A stretch of 20,000 bases of DNA from an uncultured virus (IMG/VR IMGVR_UViG_3300025845_000008). Taxonomy: Duplodnaviria > Heunggongvirae > Uroviricota > Caudoviricetes. Below the pieces are notes generated by a model. That model was not told where the DNA came from. It ran no database searches and saw nothing but the letters and a program-made list of their open reading frames with translations. The DNA is taken from IMG/VR virus record IMGVR_UViG_3300025845_000008, positions 55,473 to 75,472 of that record. One strand, given 5' to 3'. Both the position numbers and the translations under genes were made by a program. This document shows positions 8,633-17,818 of the stretch, one piece after another. Numbering within the stretch: the stretch's first letter is position 1; each line of letters starts with the position of its first letter.

Positions 8633-9009
8633 AAGAATTGGCCGAATATGATGATGGTAGTAAAGTATGGAGAACAAGTTGTTCTTGTATGGGTGATGAC
8701 CATTTAACGTTTACCGTCGCCACAGATGACGAATATCCAGAGGTCTATTTGGAGTTTTGGGTGGATGTTGGTGACAGCTATCGTGTATGGGAAAATGATA
8801 AATCTTTCCGTTGGTTCAGGTGTATGTTGGAGAGGATTAAGGTTGCCTGTAGGGTTATTTTCCAAGGTCATGTAAAGATGAATGGTGCCTTTATATTTCG
8901 TGGTGCCAAACAAATTGATGAACTTACTGAAACTATTCAAACACATAAAGAGTTTCTAATTAAAAAACTTAAAGAAAAAAACTATAAAACCGTAACAAAG
9001 GAAAACTAA
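8617..9009 (+). CDS. Hypothetical protein
   Basis: TTG start with strong AGGAGG RBS; CSC...H motif. Confidence 0.7.
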   Translation: MSSQIEELAEYDDGSKVWRTSCSCMGDDHLTFTVATDDEYPEVYLEFWVDVGDSYRVWENDKSFRWFRCMLERIKVACRVIFQGHVKMNGAFIFRGAKQIDELTETIQTHKEFLIKKLKEKNYKTVTKEN

Positions 9010-9320
9010 TGGAACAAAACCCATGTAAAGAAATAAACCTTGGTGACAAGACTGAGGTGGTTGCCGAGAAACATATCATTGAAGTTATTGGTCAGATTTC
9101 TCAGAAAGATTTGGATGATGGAACAGTTTTGATATTCCGTATCGATGATAGAAAATATTCAAGTGCTGTATTGAATAGGGTTGCTGAGAGCATCAAAAAA
9201 GCATGTATTGATACGTTTCAGGGACAAATTAAGGCTATGATTCTACCTTCATCGATAGAAGTTCAAATATTAAGAGATATTTTAAATCATTCCATAAAAC
9301 AAGGAGAAGATAATGAGTAG
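9009..9320 (+). CDS. Hypothetical protein
   Basis: TAATG coupling; AAGGA RBS. Confidence 0.7.
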   Translation: MEQNPCKEINLGDKTEVVAEKHIIEVIGQISQKDLDDGTVLIFRIDDRKYSSAVLNRVAESIKKACIDTFQGQIKAMILPSSIEVQILRDILNHSIKQGEDNE

Positions 9321-9780
9321 TCGATTTGAAGAAGCAACAACAGATGTGATGGATAAGGTGCAACAAGTTATTCGTAATAAGTTCCCTCAGTTGAATGGTT
9401 GTCATATTGAGGTTGTAATGGATACAAAGAAGCGCAAGTCAGGTGGTAAATTCGTCTTGGTAAAACTTGATAAAACATCTCCTATTTTACGTCACATTTC
9501 TGCAACAAATGCAAACCCAGAAGGTGTGGATTATATTCTGTATCTTGACAAGACAGTTTATGTTGAAATGAGTGATACTGATAAAGAGCGTATTATAGCA
9601 CATGGTTTGTATCACGCGGATACCGATTTCGAGAAAGAAGTTCCTTATGGTATACGTAAACCTACCGTACAGACGTTTTATGAAGAAATCGCTGACAATC
9701 AAGACGATGCTCGTTGGGCGGAACGTCTCGATATAATGGCGGAGGGTATTTATGAAAGAGATGCAGAAGAATCAAATTAA
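9313..9780 (+). CDS. Phage metallopeptidase-like protein with degenerate HExxH (HGLYH)
   Basis: Pattern DYILYLD..Y..MSD..KERIIAHGLYH resembles the putative phage metallopeptidase family; AAGGAG RBS. Confidence 0.65.
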   Translation: MSSRFEEATTDVMDKVQQVIRNKFPQLNGCHIEVVMDTKKRKSGGKFVLVKLDKTSPILRHISATNANPEGVDYILYLDKTVYVEMSDTDKERIIAHGLYHADTDFEKEVPYGIRKPTVQTFYEEIADNQDDARWAERLDIMAEGIYERDAEESN

Positions 9781-10270
9781 TCCTTATGAAGAGGAAGTTC
9801 CTCAGAAAACTTTTGATTCTGTTCCAGTAGCACCAGAAGATATTGAAAAGTTGCAGGGATGTTTTTATTTCGATGACCTGTCAGGTGGACTCCAAAATGT
9901 TCAGGTTTCGGATGAAGAACTTGAGCGTCAAAATGAACAATGGGAATATGCGAAATCCTTTATAGATATGAGGGATTTGCGCAACGTTCCATGCTATCAA
10001 ACCGATTTGGTAAGTTTTAAGTTAACCCCTGAACAATTGGTGGTATTGAAACAGTCCCTTGAAGTTCTTAGTCTTAATATGAGTGATGTTAATTATTTGA
10101 AATGTGAGTTAAAACATGAATCTCTCTACCAACAGCAATCATATATTCGATTATTACATGATATTGTTGATAAGACCTTGGATGATTATGCATATAGTAG
10201 ACCATATTCACCATTTTTGCCAAGTTGGTTAAAAAAAATAGGAAAATATGATGTGGAAAAGACTATTTAA
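9761..10270 (+). CDS. Hypothetical protein
   Basis: ORF track; start could be 9752 or 9761. Confidence 0.7.
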   Translation: MQKNQINPYEEEVPQKTFDSVPVAPEDIEKLQGCFYFDDLSGGLQNVQVSDEELERQNEQWEYAKSFIDMRDLRNVPCYQTDLVSFKLTPEQLVVLKQSLEVLSLNMSDVNYLKCELKHESLYQQQSYIRLLHDIVDKTLDDYAYSRPYSPFLPSWLKKIGKYDVEKTI

Positions 10271-10457
10271 TCGAAAATGTAATCACTTATGGTTGGAATA
10301 TCGTAGAAAGTGGGTTGAATATATTCCTCATGAACAGAATCCAAAGTTTAACCGTGAAGGTGCTTATATATTATCGCATGTATATTGCGCGGAATGTGGT
10401 GAGGTTAGAGAGGTTGTGAATGATGGAAACCGGATTAAATTCAGAACAATTCCATAA
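10248..10457 (+). CDS. Small hypothetical protein, putative Zn-binding (CxH...CxxC)
   Basis: CNHLW...CAECG; AGGA RBS. Confidence 0.65.
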   Translation: MMWKRLFNRKCNHLWLEYRRKWVEYIPHEQNPKFNREGAYILSHVYCAECGEVREVVNDGNRIKFRTIP

Positions 10458-10950
10458 TCTAATAGTAAAAAGTAGTGGTAATACTATGATTTGGGCACCA
10501 AGACAGTCAGGTAAAACTACGGCTTTGGTTAGAGAGTTTTTGACTACACCCAATTCCCTTTTTTATACTGTAAATTATGGACAGAAAAGGAGTGTGGAAC
10601 GAATTTGTTATGAGTTGGATGTGCCATTCAGACGAAACGATATACGTATTATGAATGAAGAATCTATAAGATCTTATAACACAAGAACATTTTTTATAGA
10701 CGAAATTGATCATTATGATGGAGATTTATATAGGTTATTGGTACCCATAAGCTTGACGAGTACGAGAATGATTGCTATATCTACTCCTCATCGACCAAGG
10801 TTGAAGGGAACTTACGCCAGTATATTTGAAAGTGAGTATAAATTAAACCATGAAGGTCTGACCGATTGGAGATGCCCAGAATCGGATATAGTTATAACGA
10901 TAAATGTGAATAACCATTTCGAAAGAGAAGGAGAATTATTTAGAATATGA
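10420..10950 (+). CDS. Stand-alone P-loop ATPase resembling the terminase large-subunit ATPase domain
   Basis: Walker A APRQSGKTT, Walker B FFIDE, motif III ISTP; only 176 aa; ends HFEREGELFRI. Confidence 0.75.
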   Translation: MMETGLNSEQFHNLIVKSSGNTMIWAPRQSGKTTALVREFLTTPNSLFYTVNYGQKRSVERICYELDVPFRRNDIRIMNEESIRSYNTRTFFIDEIDHYDGDLYRLLVPISLTSTRMIAISTPHRPRLKGTYASIFESEYKLNHEGLTDWRCPESDIVITINVNNHFEREGELFRI

Positions 10951-11444
10951 GTGATTGTATAGCAAAAGACATATGTAATTGTGATAGAGATAGTAATGAA
11001 ACATTACAATGTTTTGAGCATAGCAAACAACTGGCAACATCAGAACGTGAAAAACAGTGGTTAGAATTTTCAGAAAGGGTGGCAAAACACCTAAGAGAAT
11101 ATACAGTTCCACAGTATGGTGATGTTGGAGAAGATGAAATTACCAACTATGCAGTCGAAGATTGTGTCAAACAGGTAGAAAAGTATGCCAAAAGGTATGG
11201 AAGCCAGTCGAGAGAAGGTCAACAAGAGTTGGATTTCGTTAAAATGGCTCATTATACTCAGTGTGCGTGGGAGAAGTATGAGGAACCACTAACACCACAT
11301 GAAACTGGTGAATACAATTTAAGAGTTTTTTACGTCAAACTTGACGGTAAAGATGGATTTGAATATATGGGTATGGCAAAAGACCAGAACGGTAAAACAA
11401 TTTATATCTATAGGGAGATCTTGACTTATGAGTACGGAGTTTGA
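10947..11444 (+). CDS. Hypothetical protein, possibly DUF3310 / T7 gp1.7-like
   Basis: KYAKRYG...ELDFVKMAHY resembles the KY..R.G..D..K..HY motif; ATGA coupling. Confidence 0.5.
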   Translation: MSDCIAKDICNCDRDSNETLQCFEHSKQLATSEREKQWLEFSERVAKHLREYTVPQYGDVGEDEITNYAVEDCVKQVEKYAKRYGSQSREGQQELDFVKMAHYTQCAWEKYEEPLTPHETGEYNLRVFYVKLDGKDGFEYMGMAKDQNGKTIYIYREILTYEYGV

Positions 11445-11718
11445 AAGTATACTACAAGATTATTTCCATCGTGAAAACGTTGATGAGATGGAGTTTGAAA
11501 GGATTAATGATAAATTATGTCGCATTACCGCACATCTTAAAGGGGGTAATACATTTACCTACACAGATGATATTCATTGGGGTGTAACCTTATCGGATTT
11601 TTATGATACATTGGATCGTTTTACCAATGGAGTTTCGTATACTTTTAACAATTTTGATCCTCAAGATGAGATAGATCACTATCAAGAGAACTCAAGTAAC
11701 TTTTACGGGGATTATTGA
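11428..11718 (+). CDS. Hypothetical acidic protein
   Basis: GGGAG RBS; ORF track. Confidence 0.7.
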   Translation: MSTEFESILQDYFHRENVDEMEFERINDKLCRITAHLKGGNTFTYTDDIHWGVTLSDFYDTLDRFTNGVSYTFNNFDPQDEIDHYQENSSNFYGDY

Positions 11719-11747
11719 TTTACATATATAGTATAAATGTGTATTAT
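11719..11747 (+). promoter_or_regulatory. sigma70-type promoter for uvsX
   Basis: TTTACA-17 bp-TATTAT in the intergenic gap; the spacer contains TATAAATG, a 7/8 match to the T4 late consensus. Confidence 0.65.
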
Positions 11748-11775
11748 AACATAAATAAAATGTGAGGTATGAAAT

Positions 11776-12852
11776 ATGTCAGATGTTTTTGAAGATATCA
11801 AAAAGAAACTCATGGATGCCAGTAAAGGCAAAAGAGTCATGGTTCTTTCTGAAAGTGAGGTTGCACAGATAAATACATGGCTGTTTACTCCAACATATGA
11901 CCTGAATAGAATATTGTCGGGTTCTTTATATAAAGGTGTCGCTGAAAAGACACACACGCTTCTTGTGGGACCAGAGGCGTCAGGTAAATCATCATTTATG
12001 TGTTTGAACCTTGCCGCAGCACAGAAGCTTGGATATACCCCCATCATCATTAATGCGGAAGGTGCATGGACAGCGGAGTTCGTTTCGCGTTGGGGTCTTG
12101 ATGCAACTAAGGCTATGGTTATTAACTCTTCCAGTGTTGAGGATATTCACCGTGATCTTGCCAATATTAAATCAGAAGGGTTCACAAAACTCGCCATTGC
12201 TTTGGATTCCATAGGAGCATTGAGTTCTAACAAGGTCGTAGATGATGCAGACAAGGGTGATATTAAAGCCGACCAAGGTTCCTTGCAGAAGAAAATCAAA
12301 GCCATGATGAAGACAATGGTTGATATTGTTAAATTCCAAGACAGTATCGCTTTTTCTGCTGGTCATTATTACGGCAATCCAAGTGGTTATGGTGACCCTG
12401 AACAGATTGGTGGCGGTAAGTATCCGAGACTTGCTGCAGACTATATTATAACCCTAAAGAAATTCCTTTTATATGAAAATCCAAACGCAAAGGCCGCTGC
12501 GCGTGGAGCAGTTTTGGGTACGGAGATTCATGCCGCAACTATCAAAAACCGTTTTGCACCCCCATTCCAAGAAGCATTATTTGAAATAAACTACCAGAAT
12601 GGTGTTAATAAAATGGCAGGTATCGTGTCCGTTGCTACTGAAATGGGTCTGATCGAGAAGGGTGGGTCGTGGTATACAATTCCGTGTATGGATATTAAGG
12701 CACAAGGCGAAGGTAAACTATACGAAGCAATCCTTCAACAAGACCCAAAACCTTTGTTGGAGGGTATAGAAAACGTGTTAAAAACAAAGGGTTATAGTAC
12801 ACAGAATGCACAACTTGAAGACGAATTAGGTAGTAGTGAGCCAATAGAATAA
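11776..12852 (+). CDS. uvsX: RecA-like recombinase (T4 UvsX)
   Basis: DLNRILSGSL, Walker A GPEASGKS, NAEGA, Walker B ALDSIGAL, ADQG, IGGG, KNRF, KGGSWY. Confidence 0.93.
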   Translation: MSDVFEDIKKKLMDASKGKRVMVLSESEVAQINTWLFTPTYDLNRILSGSLYKGVAEKTHTLLVGPEASGKSSFMCLNLAAAQKLGYTPIIINAEGAWTAEFVSRWGLDATKAMVINSSSVEDIHRDLANIKSEGFTKLAIALDSIGALSSNKVVDDADKGDIKADQGSLQKKIKAMMKTMVDIVKFQDSIAFSAGHYYGNPSGYGDPEQIGGGKYPRLAADYIITLKKFLLYENPNAKAAARGAVLGTEIHAATIKNRFAPPFQEALFEINYQNGVNKMAGIVSVATEMGLIEKGGSWYTIPCMDIKAQGEGKLYEAILQQDPKPLLEGIENVLKTKGYSTQNAQLEDELGSSEPIE

Positions 12853-12877
12853 TCCGAGTGGATTAAGGAGGTAATAT

Positions 12878-13045
12878 ATGGCTCAATTTAAAATGATAAA
12901 AGAGGAAGAACAAAAAGAGAAGTTGTTGGAAGAGTTATACACTTTGAATGATGAGTATAATCAATTTGTTAAAAAGATGGATAAGAGGTTAGATTTAATT
13001 ATAAGCAAAACGGAGAATTTAAATGAGATCGATGATTTTCAGTGA
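12878..13045 (+). CDS. Small coiled-coil hypothetical protein (55 aa)
   Basis: Perfect RBS TAAGGAGGT; MAQFKMIKEEEQKEKLLEEL...EIDDFQ*. Confidence 0.75.
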   Translation: MAQFKMIKEEEQKEKLLEELYTLNDEYNQFVKKMDKRLDLIISKTENLNEIDDFQ

Positions 13046-13238
13046 ATTAATTGAAATTCGAGATTTAACGAAATATAAATTAAATCCGGGGGATAGATTT
13101 CTTACTGGAAATAGCATCTTATCCCAAAAAGATTCAAAGAAAGTTGGTGATTTAATTACATATTATTTGGTTACTGATGTTAATGATGAGACGGGTGTTG
13201 TTAATTACAGACCTGTATATGAAAAACTGGAGGAATAA
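13023..13238 (+). CDS. Small hypothetical protein
   Basis: GGAG RBS; ORF track. Confidence 0.65.
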   Translation: MRSMIFSELIEIRDLTKYKLNPGDRFLTGNSILSQKDSKKVGDLITYYLVTDVNDETGVVNYRPVYEKLEE

Positions 13239-13239
13239 A

Positions 13240-13581
13240 ATGCAAGTATTTGTGGTAAACTATGAGACTGATGATTCAACTTATAAGTTATATTTGTTAG
13301 GTAAGGATCAAGCTGATGCGATGACGTATGTGAAAATGAGGGTAGGCAATCTACCGGGATATAGGATGAATAATTTTGAAAGCCGTGAGGAGATTCACGC
13401 TGTAACCCCTCAACTCCTTGAAATGTTAACTCCACCACCACCAGAAGAAAAAGTTGTTCATAAGATGTTGTGTCCGTGGTGTGGTGCTGATCATTACGAA
13501 ACTTTACATGCATTAAAGATGCATATTTGTAAAAACCATGCAACTTCAAATAAGGATAATCCGAAAAAAAAGGAAAAATAA
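13240..13581 (+). CDS. Protein with C-terminal C2H2 zinc finger
   Basis: GGAGG RBS before ATG 13240; CPWCGADHYETLHALKMHICKNH after a PPPP linker. Confidence 0.75.
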   Translation: MQVFVVNYETDDSTYKLYLLGKDQADAMTYVKMRVGNLPGYRMNNFESREEIHAVTPQLLEMLTPPPPEEKVVHKMLCPWCGADHYETLHALKMHICKNHATSNKDNPKKKEK

Positions 13582-14423
13582 TGAACATAGCGGTGAACAA
13601 TATTGATGATGGGTTGACTGTTGAGTTATCAAAAATATGTGATGTTGTTGACGTTGTTGACAAACCTAAAGGTGTATTTATACAATGGTCCACCCCTGAC
13701 AATAAAAGTCTATTCGTCAGACAGACCAATATGATAGAGAAGTGCATTAAGAATAAATTACCCATGATCATATTTGATGGAGACCAGAAGATTAGTCCTG
13801 ATGAAGCTAGTTTTCTGGTGTCCGAGGGCGCATTTTTATGGGAATCATCCGTTAGTGATAGAATGTTTTTTTCATACCAGCCTGTATGGGGTGAAATAAA
13901 AACTCCTGATAAAATACCGTTGATAGATAAGCCAACTGGTGTTGATTTAGTGTATATGTCACCTTTGACAAAAAAGTTATCTACATTTAAAAGATACTAT
14001 CAACCAATGTCAGAGTTGGGTGGATATGATGTTTTGTTTTTTGATTCAGTTGGAAATCAGACAATCAATCGAAAAGTTGAGGAGATGGGTATTAATATCA
14101 CATCAGAATCAATAAACTTTGATATTAAGTCACTGATACTACTTGGAACCGATCATGAATATCAAACAGGTAGACTTGATCCCTATCTATTCAATTATCT
14201 GGAAAGTGGTATTTTACCGTTGTTACCGATAGAACATAGATGGTATCATTCGGTATTTGATGGTATGGTGGTGGGTACCGATTTTGATGTGGAATATATA
14301 TTGAAGACATGGGATAAGATATCTTTTGGTTCTATATGTGATATATATAAAAATTTGGATATATATCTCCCTGAATGTAATGTTAAGAATGTAGCAAAAA
14401 GAATAGTTAATTACTTTTCATGA
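13581..14423 (+). CDS. Hypothetical protein, possibly a GT-B glycosyltransferase-like fold
   Basis: Two alpha/beta halves; ILLG..EYQTGRLDPYLFNYLESGILPLL resembles the C-terminal donor-binding region of GT-B enzymes. The ORF is solid, the function is weak. Confidence 0.45.
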   Translation: MNIAVNNIDDGLTVELSKICDVVDVVDKPKGVFIQWSTPDNKSLFVRQTNMIEKCIKNKLPMIIFDGDQKISPDEASFLVSEGAFLWESSVSDRMFFSYQPVWGEIKTPDKIPLIDKPTGVDLVYMSPLTKKLSTFKRYYQPMSELGGYDVLFFDSVGNQTINRKVEEMGINITSESINFDIKSLILLGTDHEYQTGRLDPYLFNYLESGILPLLPIEHRWYHSVFDGMVVGTDFDVEYILKTWDKISFGSICDIYKNLDIYLPECNVKNVAKRIVNYFS

Positions 14424-14466
14424 GAGATGCGTTAGAATTATTACCATGTAAAATATGAGGAGATGT

Positions 14467-14775
14467 ATGAAGTTTGAAATAACCAAGAATGGTACTGGTA
14501 TTATTAGGATAAACAAAGATACATATCTATCATTCGGTTCAAATGACAATATAAAAATGGTGTTGATTCGATATAATAATGGTCATAACATTGAGAGTAA
14601 ATTTTTTCCTATCTCGATGCTAAAGCTTCCCAGAATGACAACTAAATCTATAGGTCTTAAAAATATTAAAATAATTCGGGATTTAGTGAGAGATAAGTTG
14701 GTGGATGGTGTGTTACCCCTAAAGGCTGTATCATTAATAGGCGAATCTATTAATAAAAAAAGCGACTCTCAATAA
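14467..14775 (+). CDS. Basic hypothetical protein
   Basis: GAGGAG RBS before ATG 14467. Confidence 0.65.
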   Translation: MKFEITKNGTGIIRINKDTYLSFGSNDNIKMVLIRYNNGHNIESKFFPISMLKLPRMTTKSIGLKNIKIIRDLVRDKLVDGVLPLKAVSLIGESINKKSDSQ

Positions 14776-14782
14776 ATTTACC

Positions 14783-14811
14783 TTGCATCCCTGATCGAAT
14801 TTTGGTATATT
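14783..14811 (+). promoter_or_regulatory. sigma70-type promoter (extended -10)
   Basis: TTGCAT-17 bp-TATATT, with TGn before the -10. Confidence 0.65.
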
Positions 14812-14843
14812 AAATCGTAACCGATTGACGAAAGGAAAAAATC

Positions 14844-14963
14844 ATGGGATACCGTTCTGACGACTTAAAACGACCATCATACGTTCCTCGTAAGCAACAA
14901 GATTTCCTTGTCATTAAACCTAATAAAATCAAGAAAGGTTCTCCGAAAAATGATCAAGTATAA
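14844..14963 (+). CDS. Small basic peptide (39 aa)
   Basis: AAAGGA RBS directly after the promoter; MGYRSDDLKRPSYVPRKQQDFLVIKPNKIKKGSPKNDQV*. Confidence 0.55.
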   Translation: MGYRSDDLKRPSYVPRKQQDFLVIKPNKIKKGSPKNDQV

Positions 14964-15186
14964 AAGGAATCCCAAATATATTGAAATATATTCATCGGGA
15001 TCCCTTGATGATGCAAATGTTTTGTTGGATATTGCTCAAAAAATAGGCAGACAAATTGGTTTTGACAGGGATGATATTAATCTTATTCTTGATGAGATGA
15101 AATCTGGTGATCATGAGAATCTAGTTCAAATTTTTAATGATCATTTTGAGGATTATTTTTGTAATTGTGTTGTTATATATCGTTGA
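14950..15186 (+). CDS. Conserved small phage hypothetical protein
   Basis: ILDEMKSGDHENLVQIFNDHF resembles a common phage family (EM.SGDYE.L...F...F); ATG 14950 preferred over TTG 14908. Confidence 0.7.
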   Translation: MIKYKRNPKYIEIYSSGSLDDANVLLDIAQKIGRQIGFDRDDINLILDEMKSGDHENLVQIFNDHFEDYFCNCVVIYR

Positions 15187-15194
15187 TTTTTTTG

Positions 15195-15223
15195 TTGACA
15201 ACGTGCATTCTCACTGTTAGGAT
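15195..15223 (+). promoter_or_regulatory. sigma70-type promoter for clpB
   Basis: TTGACA-17 bp-TAGGAT with extended -10 TG and an upstream T-tract. Confidence 0.75.
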
Positions 15224-15259
15224 AAATTTCATTGTTAATTGAAACGAAAGGGAATTATT

Positions 15260-17503
15260 ATGGTTTGGTCCACAAATATTGAGAATGAAAGAACTTTTGA
15301 TAATAATTTTATTGGTCGATTGTCAGGTGATCAACGACAAGTATCAAGACCTGATCATTTCCGTGTAGAGGTGGCTGATGCCCCTGTAGATGATCGTCTT
15401 ATCAATGATAATATGTTGATTTTTGGGCGTGATCTTGTCGAAGAATCCCGTCAAGGTCATCTTGATCCGGTTATCGGTCGTGATGATGAAATCCGCCGTA
15501 TGATTCGCATTCTATCTCGCAAAACAAAAAACAACCCTGTCCTCATTGGTGAGCCGGGTGTTGGTAAAACTTCCGTTGTTGAGGGTCTGGCACAACGTAT
15601 TGTTTCTGGTGATGTTCCTGATGGTCTAAAAGAAAAGGTTATTTATTCTTTAGATCTTGGTTCTCTCATGGCAGGAACTAAACACCAAGGTGAACTCGAG
15701 GAACGGGTGAAATTTGTCCTTGATGCGGTTCGTGAGCGTGAGGGCAAAGTCATGTTGTTTATTGATGAAATTCACAACATGGTTGGTATGGGTTCCTCTA
15801 ATGGCGTTGACTTTGGTAACATGCTGAAACCCATGCTGGCTCGTGGCGAACTCCGTTGTATTGGCGCTACTACTTTGGATGAGTATCGTACCGGGGTAGA
15901 AAAAGACGCCGCTTTATCTAGGCGTTTTCAGACTATTTTGGTCGATCAGCCTAATGTCGATGATACTGTTAGCATTCTTCGGGGGTTGAAAGAGACTTAT
16001 GAGATTTATCATGGGGTCACGGTTCGAGATAACGCTTTGATTGCGGCCGCCAAACTAAGCCATCGATACATTAGTGATCGTTTTCTCCCTGATAAAGCTA
16101 TTGATCTTGTGGATGAGGCATGTGCCCAAGTTCGAACTGAACTTGATTCCTCTCCAGCAGAACTTGATGGTGTGACTCGTAGAATTCAACAACTTACCAT
16201 CGAAGAAAAATCTTTAATGAAAGAAGACGATGGTTTGTCTGTTGTTCGTCTTGGCAAAATTCGTGAAGAAAGAGATCTTTTGTTAATCGAACAAAAAATT
16301 CTTCAAGATCAATGGAGTGAAGAAAAAGATAACATTAAAAATCTGGTCGAACTTCGCTCTAAATTGGAAACCGCTCGTAAAGAGTTGGAAACTTGTGAAC
16401 GTCTTAATCAATTAGATCGAGCCAGTGAATTGAAGTATGAAATTATTGTTCAGATAGAATTCGAACTACACAACTACATCAAAAACATCGGTGATATGAG
16501 TATTCTTCATGATTCTATTGATGAGGCTGAAATTGCTAAAGTAATTAGCCGTTGGACTGGAATTCCTGTAGATCGTATGACTGAGGATCAGAGTTCTAAA
16601 ATCCTCAATCTCGATGTTGAATTACATAAACGTCTCGTGGGTCAGGATGAAGCTGTGCAATTGGTTAGTGAAGCTATGATTCGCAGTCGTAGTGGGATTA
16701 AAGACCCTAACCGTCCCATTGGTTCTTTCATTTTTCTTGGACCAACAGGGGTCGGTAAGACTGAATTGGCTAAAGCACTTACCGAAGTTATGTTCGATAC
16801 TGAGCAGAATATCATCCGTATTGATATGTCTGAGTATATGGAAAAACATAGTGTTTCCCGTATGATTGGTGCCCCTCCGGGTTACGTCGGATTTGATGAT
16901 GGGGGTCAATTGACTGAGAAGGTTCGTAGAAAACCGTTCAGTGTCATTCTTTTTGATGAAATTGAAAAGGCTCACCCTGATGTTTTTAATGTTCTTCTTC
17001 AAGTTCTGGATGATGGTCGTATTACTGATGGTCAAGGTCGCACTGTTGATTTTAAAAATACTGTTATTATCATGACAAGCAATATTGGAAGTCAACATTT
17101 GCTTACAGGAATTGACGGTTGGGGTGAGATTAAAGATTCTACTCGTAATCGGGTATTTGAAGACCTTAAAAGGGGGTTTCGACCTGAATTTCTGAACCGT
17201 GTTGATGATATTATTTTGTTCAAACCTTTAACTAAAGATAATGTCAAGATTATCGTTGGATTTCTTCTGAGTGATATTCGTAAGCGTTTGGAAGATCGAC
17301 AAATCAAACTGGAAATCACCGATGAGGCTAAAAATTATGTAGCAGATGTTGCGTATGACCCTATCTACGGGGCAAGACCTCTCAAACGGTATTTGAGTGG
17401 CACTCTCGAAACTCAGATCGGTAAAGCCCTTCTTAGTGGCCAAATTAAAAACGGTGATACTATCACTGTAACCGCTGATCAGAACGGTCTGATTGTTCAA
17501 TAA
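15260..17503 (+). CDS. clpB: ClpB/Hsp104-type AAA+ disaggregase lacking the Clp N-terminal domain
   Basis: [11 protein letters not shown]1 GEPGVGKT / [16 protein letters not shown], long M-domain coiled coil, NBD2 [37 protein letters not shown]; no IGF loop. ATG 15260 has an AAGGGA RBS. Confidence 0.95.
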   Translation: MVWSTNIENERTFDNNFIGRLSGDQRQVSRPDHFRVEVADAPVDDRLINDNMLIFGRDLVEESRQGHLDPVIGRDDEIRRMIRILSRKTKNNPVLIGEPGVGKTSVVEGLAQRIVSGDVPDGLKEKVIYSLDLGSLMAGTKHQGELEERVKFVLDAVREREGKVMLFIDEIHNMVGMGSSNGVDFGNMLKPMLARGELRCIGATTLDEYRTGVEKDAALSRRFQTILVDQPNVDDTVSILRGLKETYEIYHGVTVRDNALIAAAKLSHRYISDRFLPDKAIDLVDEACAQVRTELDSSPAELDGVTRRIQQLTIEEKSLMKEDDGLSVVRLGKIREERDLLLIEQKILQDQWSEEKDNIKNLVELRSKLETARKELETCERLNQLDRASELKYEIIVQIEFELHNYIKNIGDMSILHDSIDEAEIAKVISRWTGIPVDRMTEDQSSKILNLDVELHKRLVGQDEAVQLVSEAMIRSRSGIKDPNRPIGSFIFLGPTGVGKTELAKALTEVMFDTEQNIIRIDMSEYMEKHSVSRMIGAPPGYVGFDDGGQLTEKVRRKPFSVILFDEIEKAHPDVFNVLLQVLDDGRITDGQGRTVDFKNTVIIMTSNIGSQHLLTGIDGWGEIKDSTRNRVFEDLKRGFRPEFLNRVDDIILFKPLTKDNVKIIVGFLLSDIRKRLEDRQIKLEITDEAKNYVADVAYDPIYGARPLKRYLSGTLETQIGKALLSGQIKNGDTITVTADQNGLIVQ

Positions 17504-17540
17504 AAGTAAGGGGTGACCAGAAGGTCACCCCTTACTTTTA
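17501..17540. terminator. Bidirectional intrinsic terminator
   Basis: Perfect 18-bp inverted repeat TAAAAGTAAGGGGTGACC-agaa-GGTCACCCCTTACTTTTA. Confidence 0.85.
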
Positions 17541-17553
17541 CAAGGAGAAAAAC

Positions 17554-17802
17554 ATGGAACCCAAATCATTCGAAGTAGTTACACCGTCACCATATTTTAA
17601 GATTACTTTTGGTTGTGGTAACCGAGCGTTCTATAAGGATGGATATATCGACGAAACTTGTGATTACGAGGGTGACTTGGAAGAAATTCTTATATACAAT
17701 CAGGAAAGAGCCGAACTCCTTATTAAAAAGGTTTTAGAGTTTTATGGCGTACCCGAAACGGATCTACCAGAAAATATGAACGTTGCTTTGACAATTTATT
17801 GA
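17554..17802 (+). CDS. Hypothetical protein
   Basis: AAGGAG RBS. Confidence 0.75.
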   Translation: MEPKSFEVVTPSPYFKITFGCGNRAFYKDGYIDETCDYEGDLEEILIYNQERAELLIKKVLEFYGVPETDLPENMNVALTIY

Positions 17803-17818
17803 TAAAGGGGTATTAAAA

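Noticed and set aside
12878..13045. T4 gp40 assignment based on position after uvsX
   Set aside because: Much shorter than gp40, with no recognisable similarity.
15260..17503. ClpA/ClpC identity, or host contamination
   Set aside because: The long M-domain and missing IGF loop indicate ClpB; flanking genes and regulatory signals are phage-like and co-oriented.
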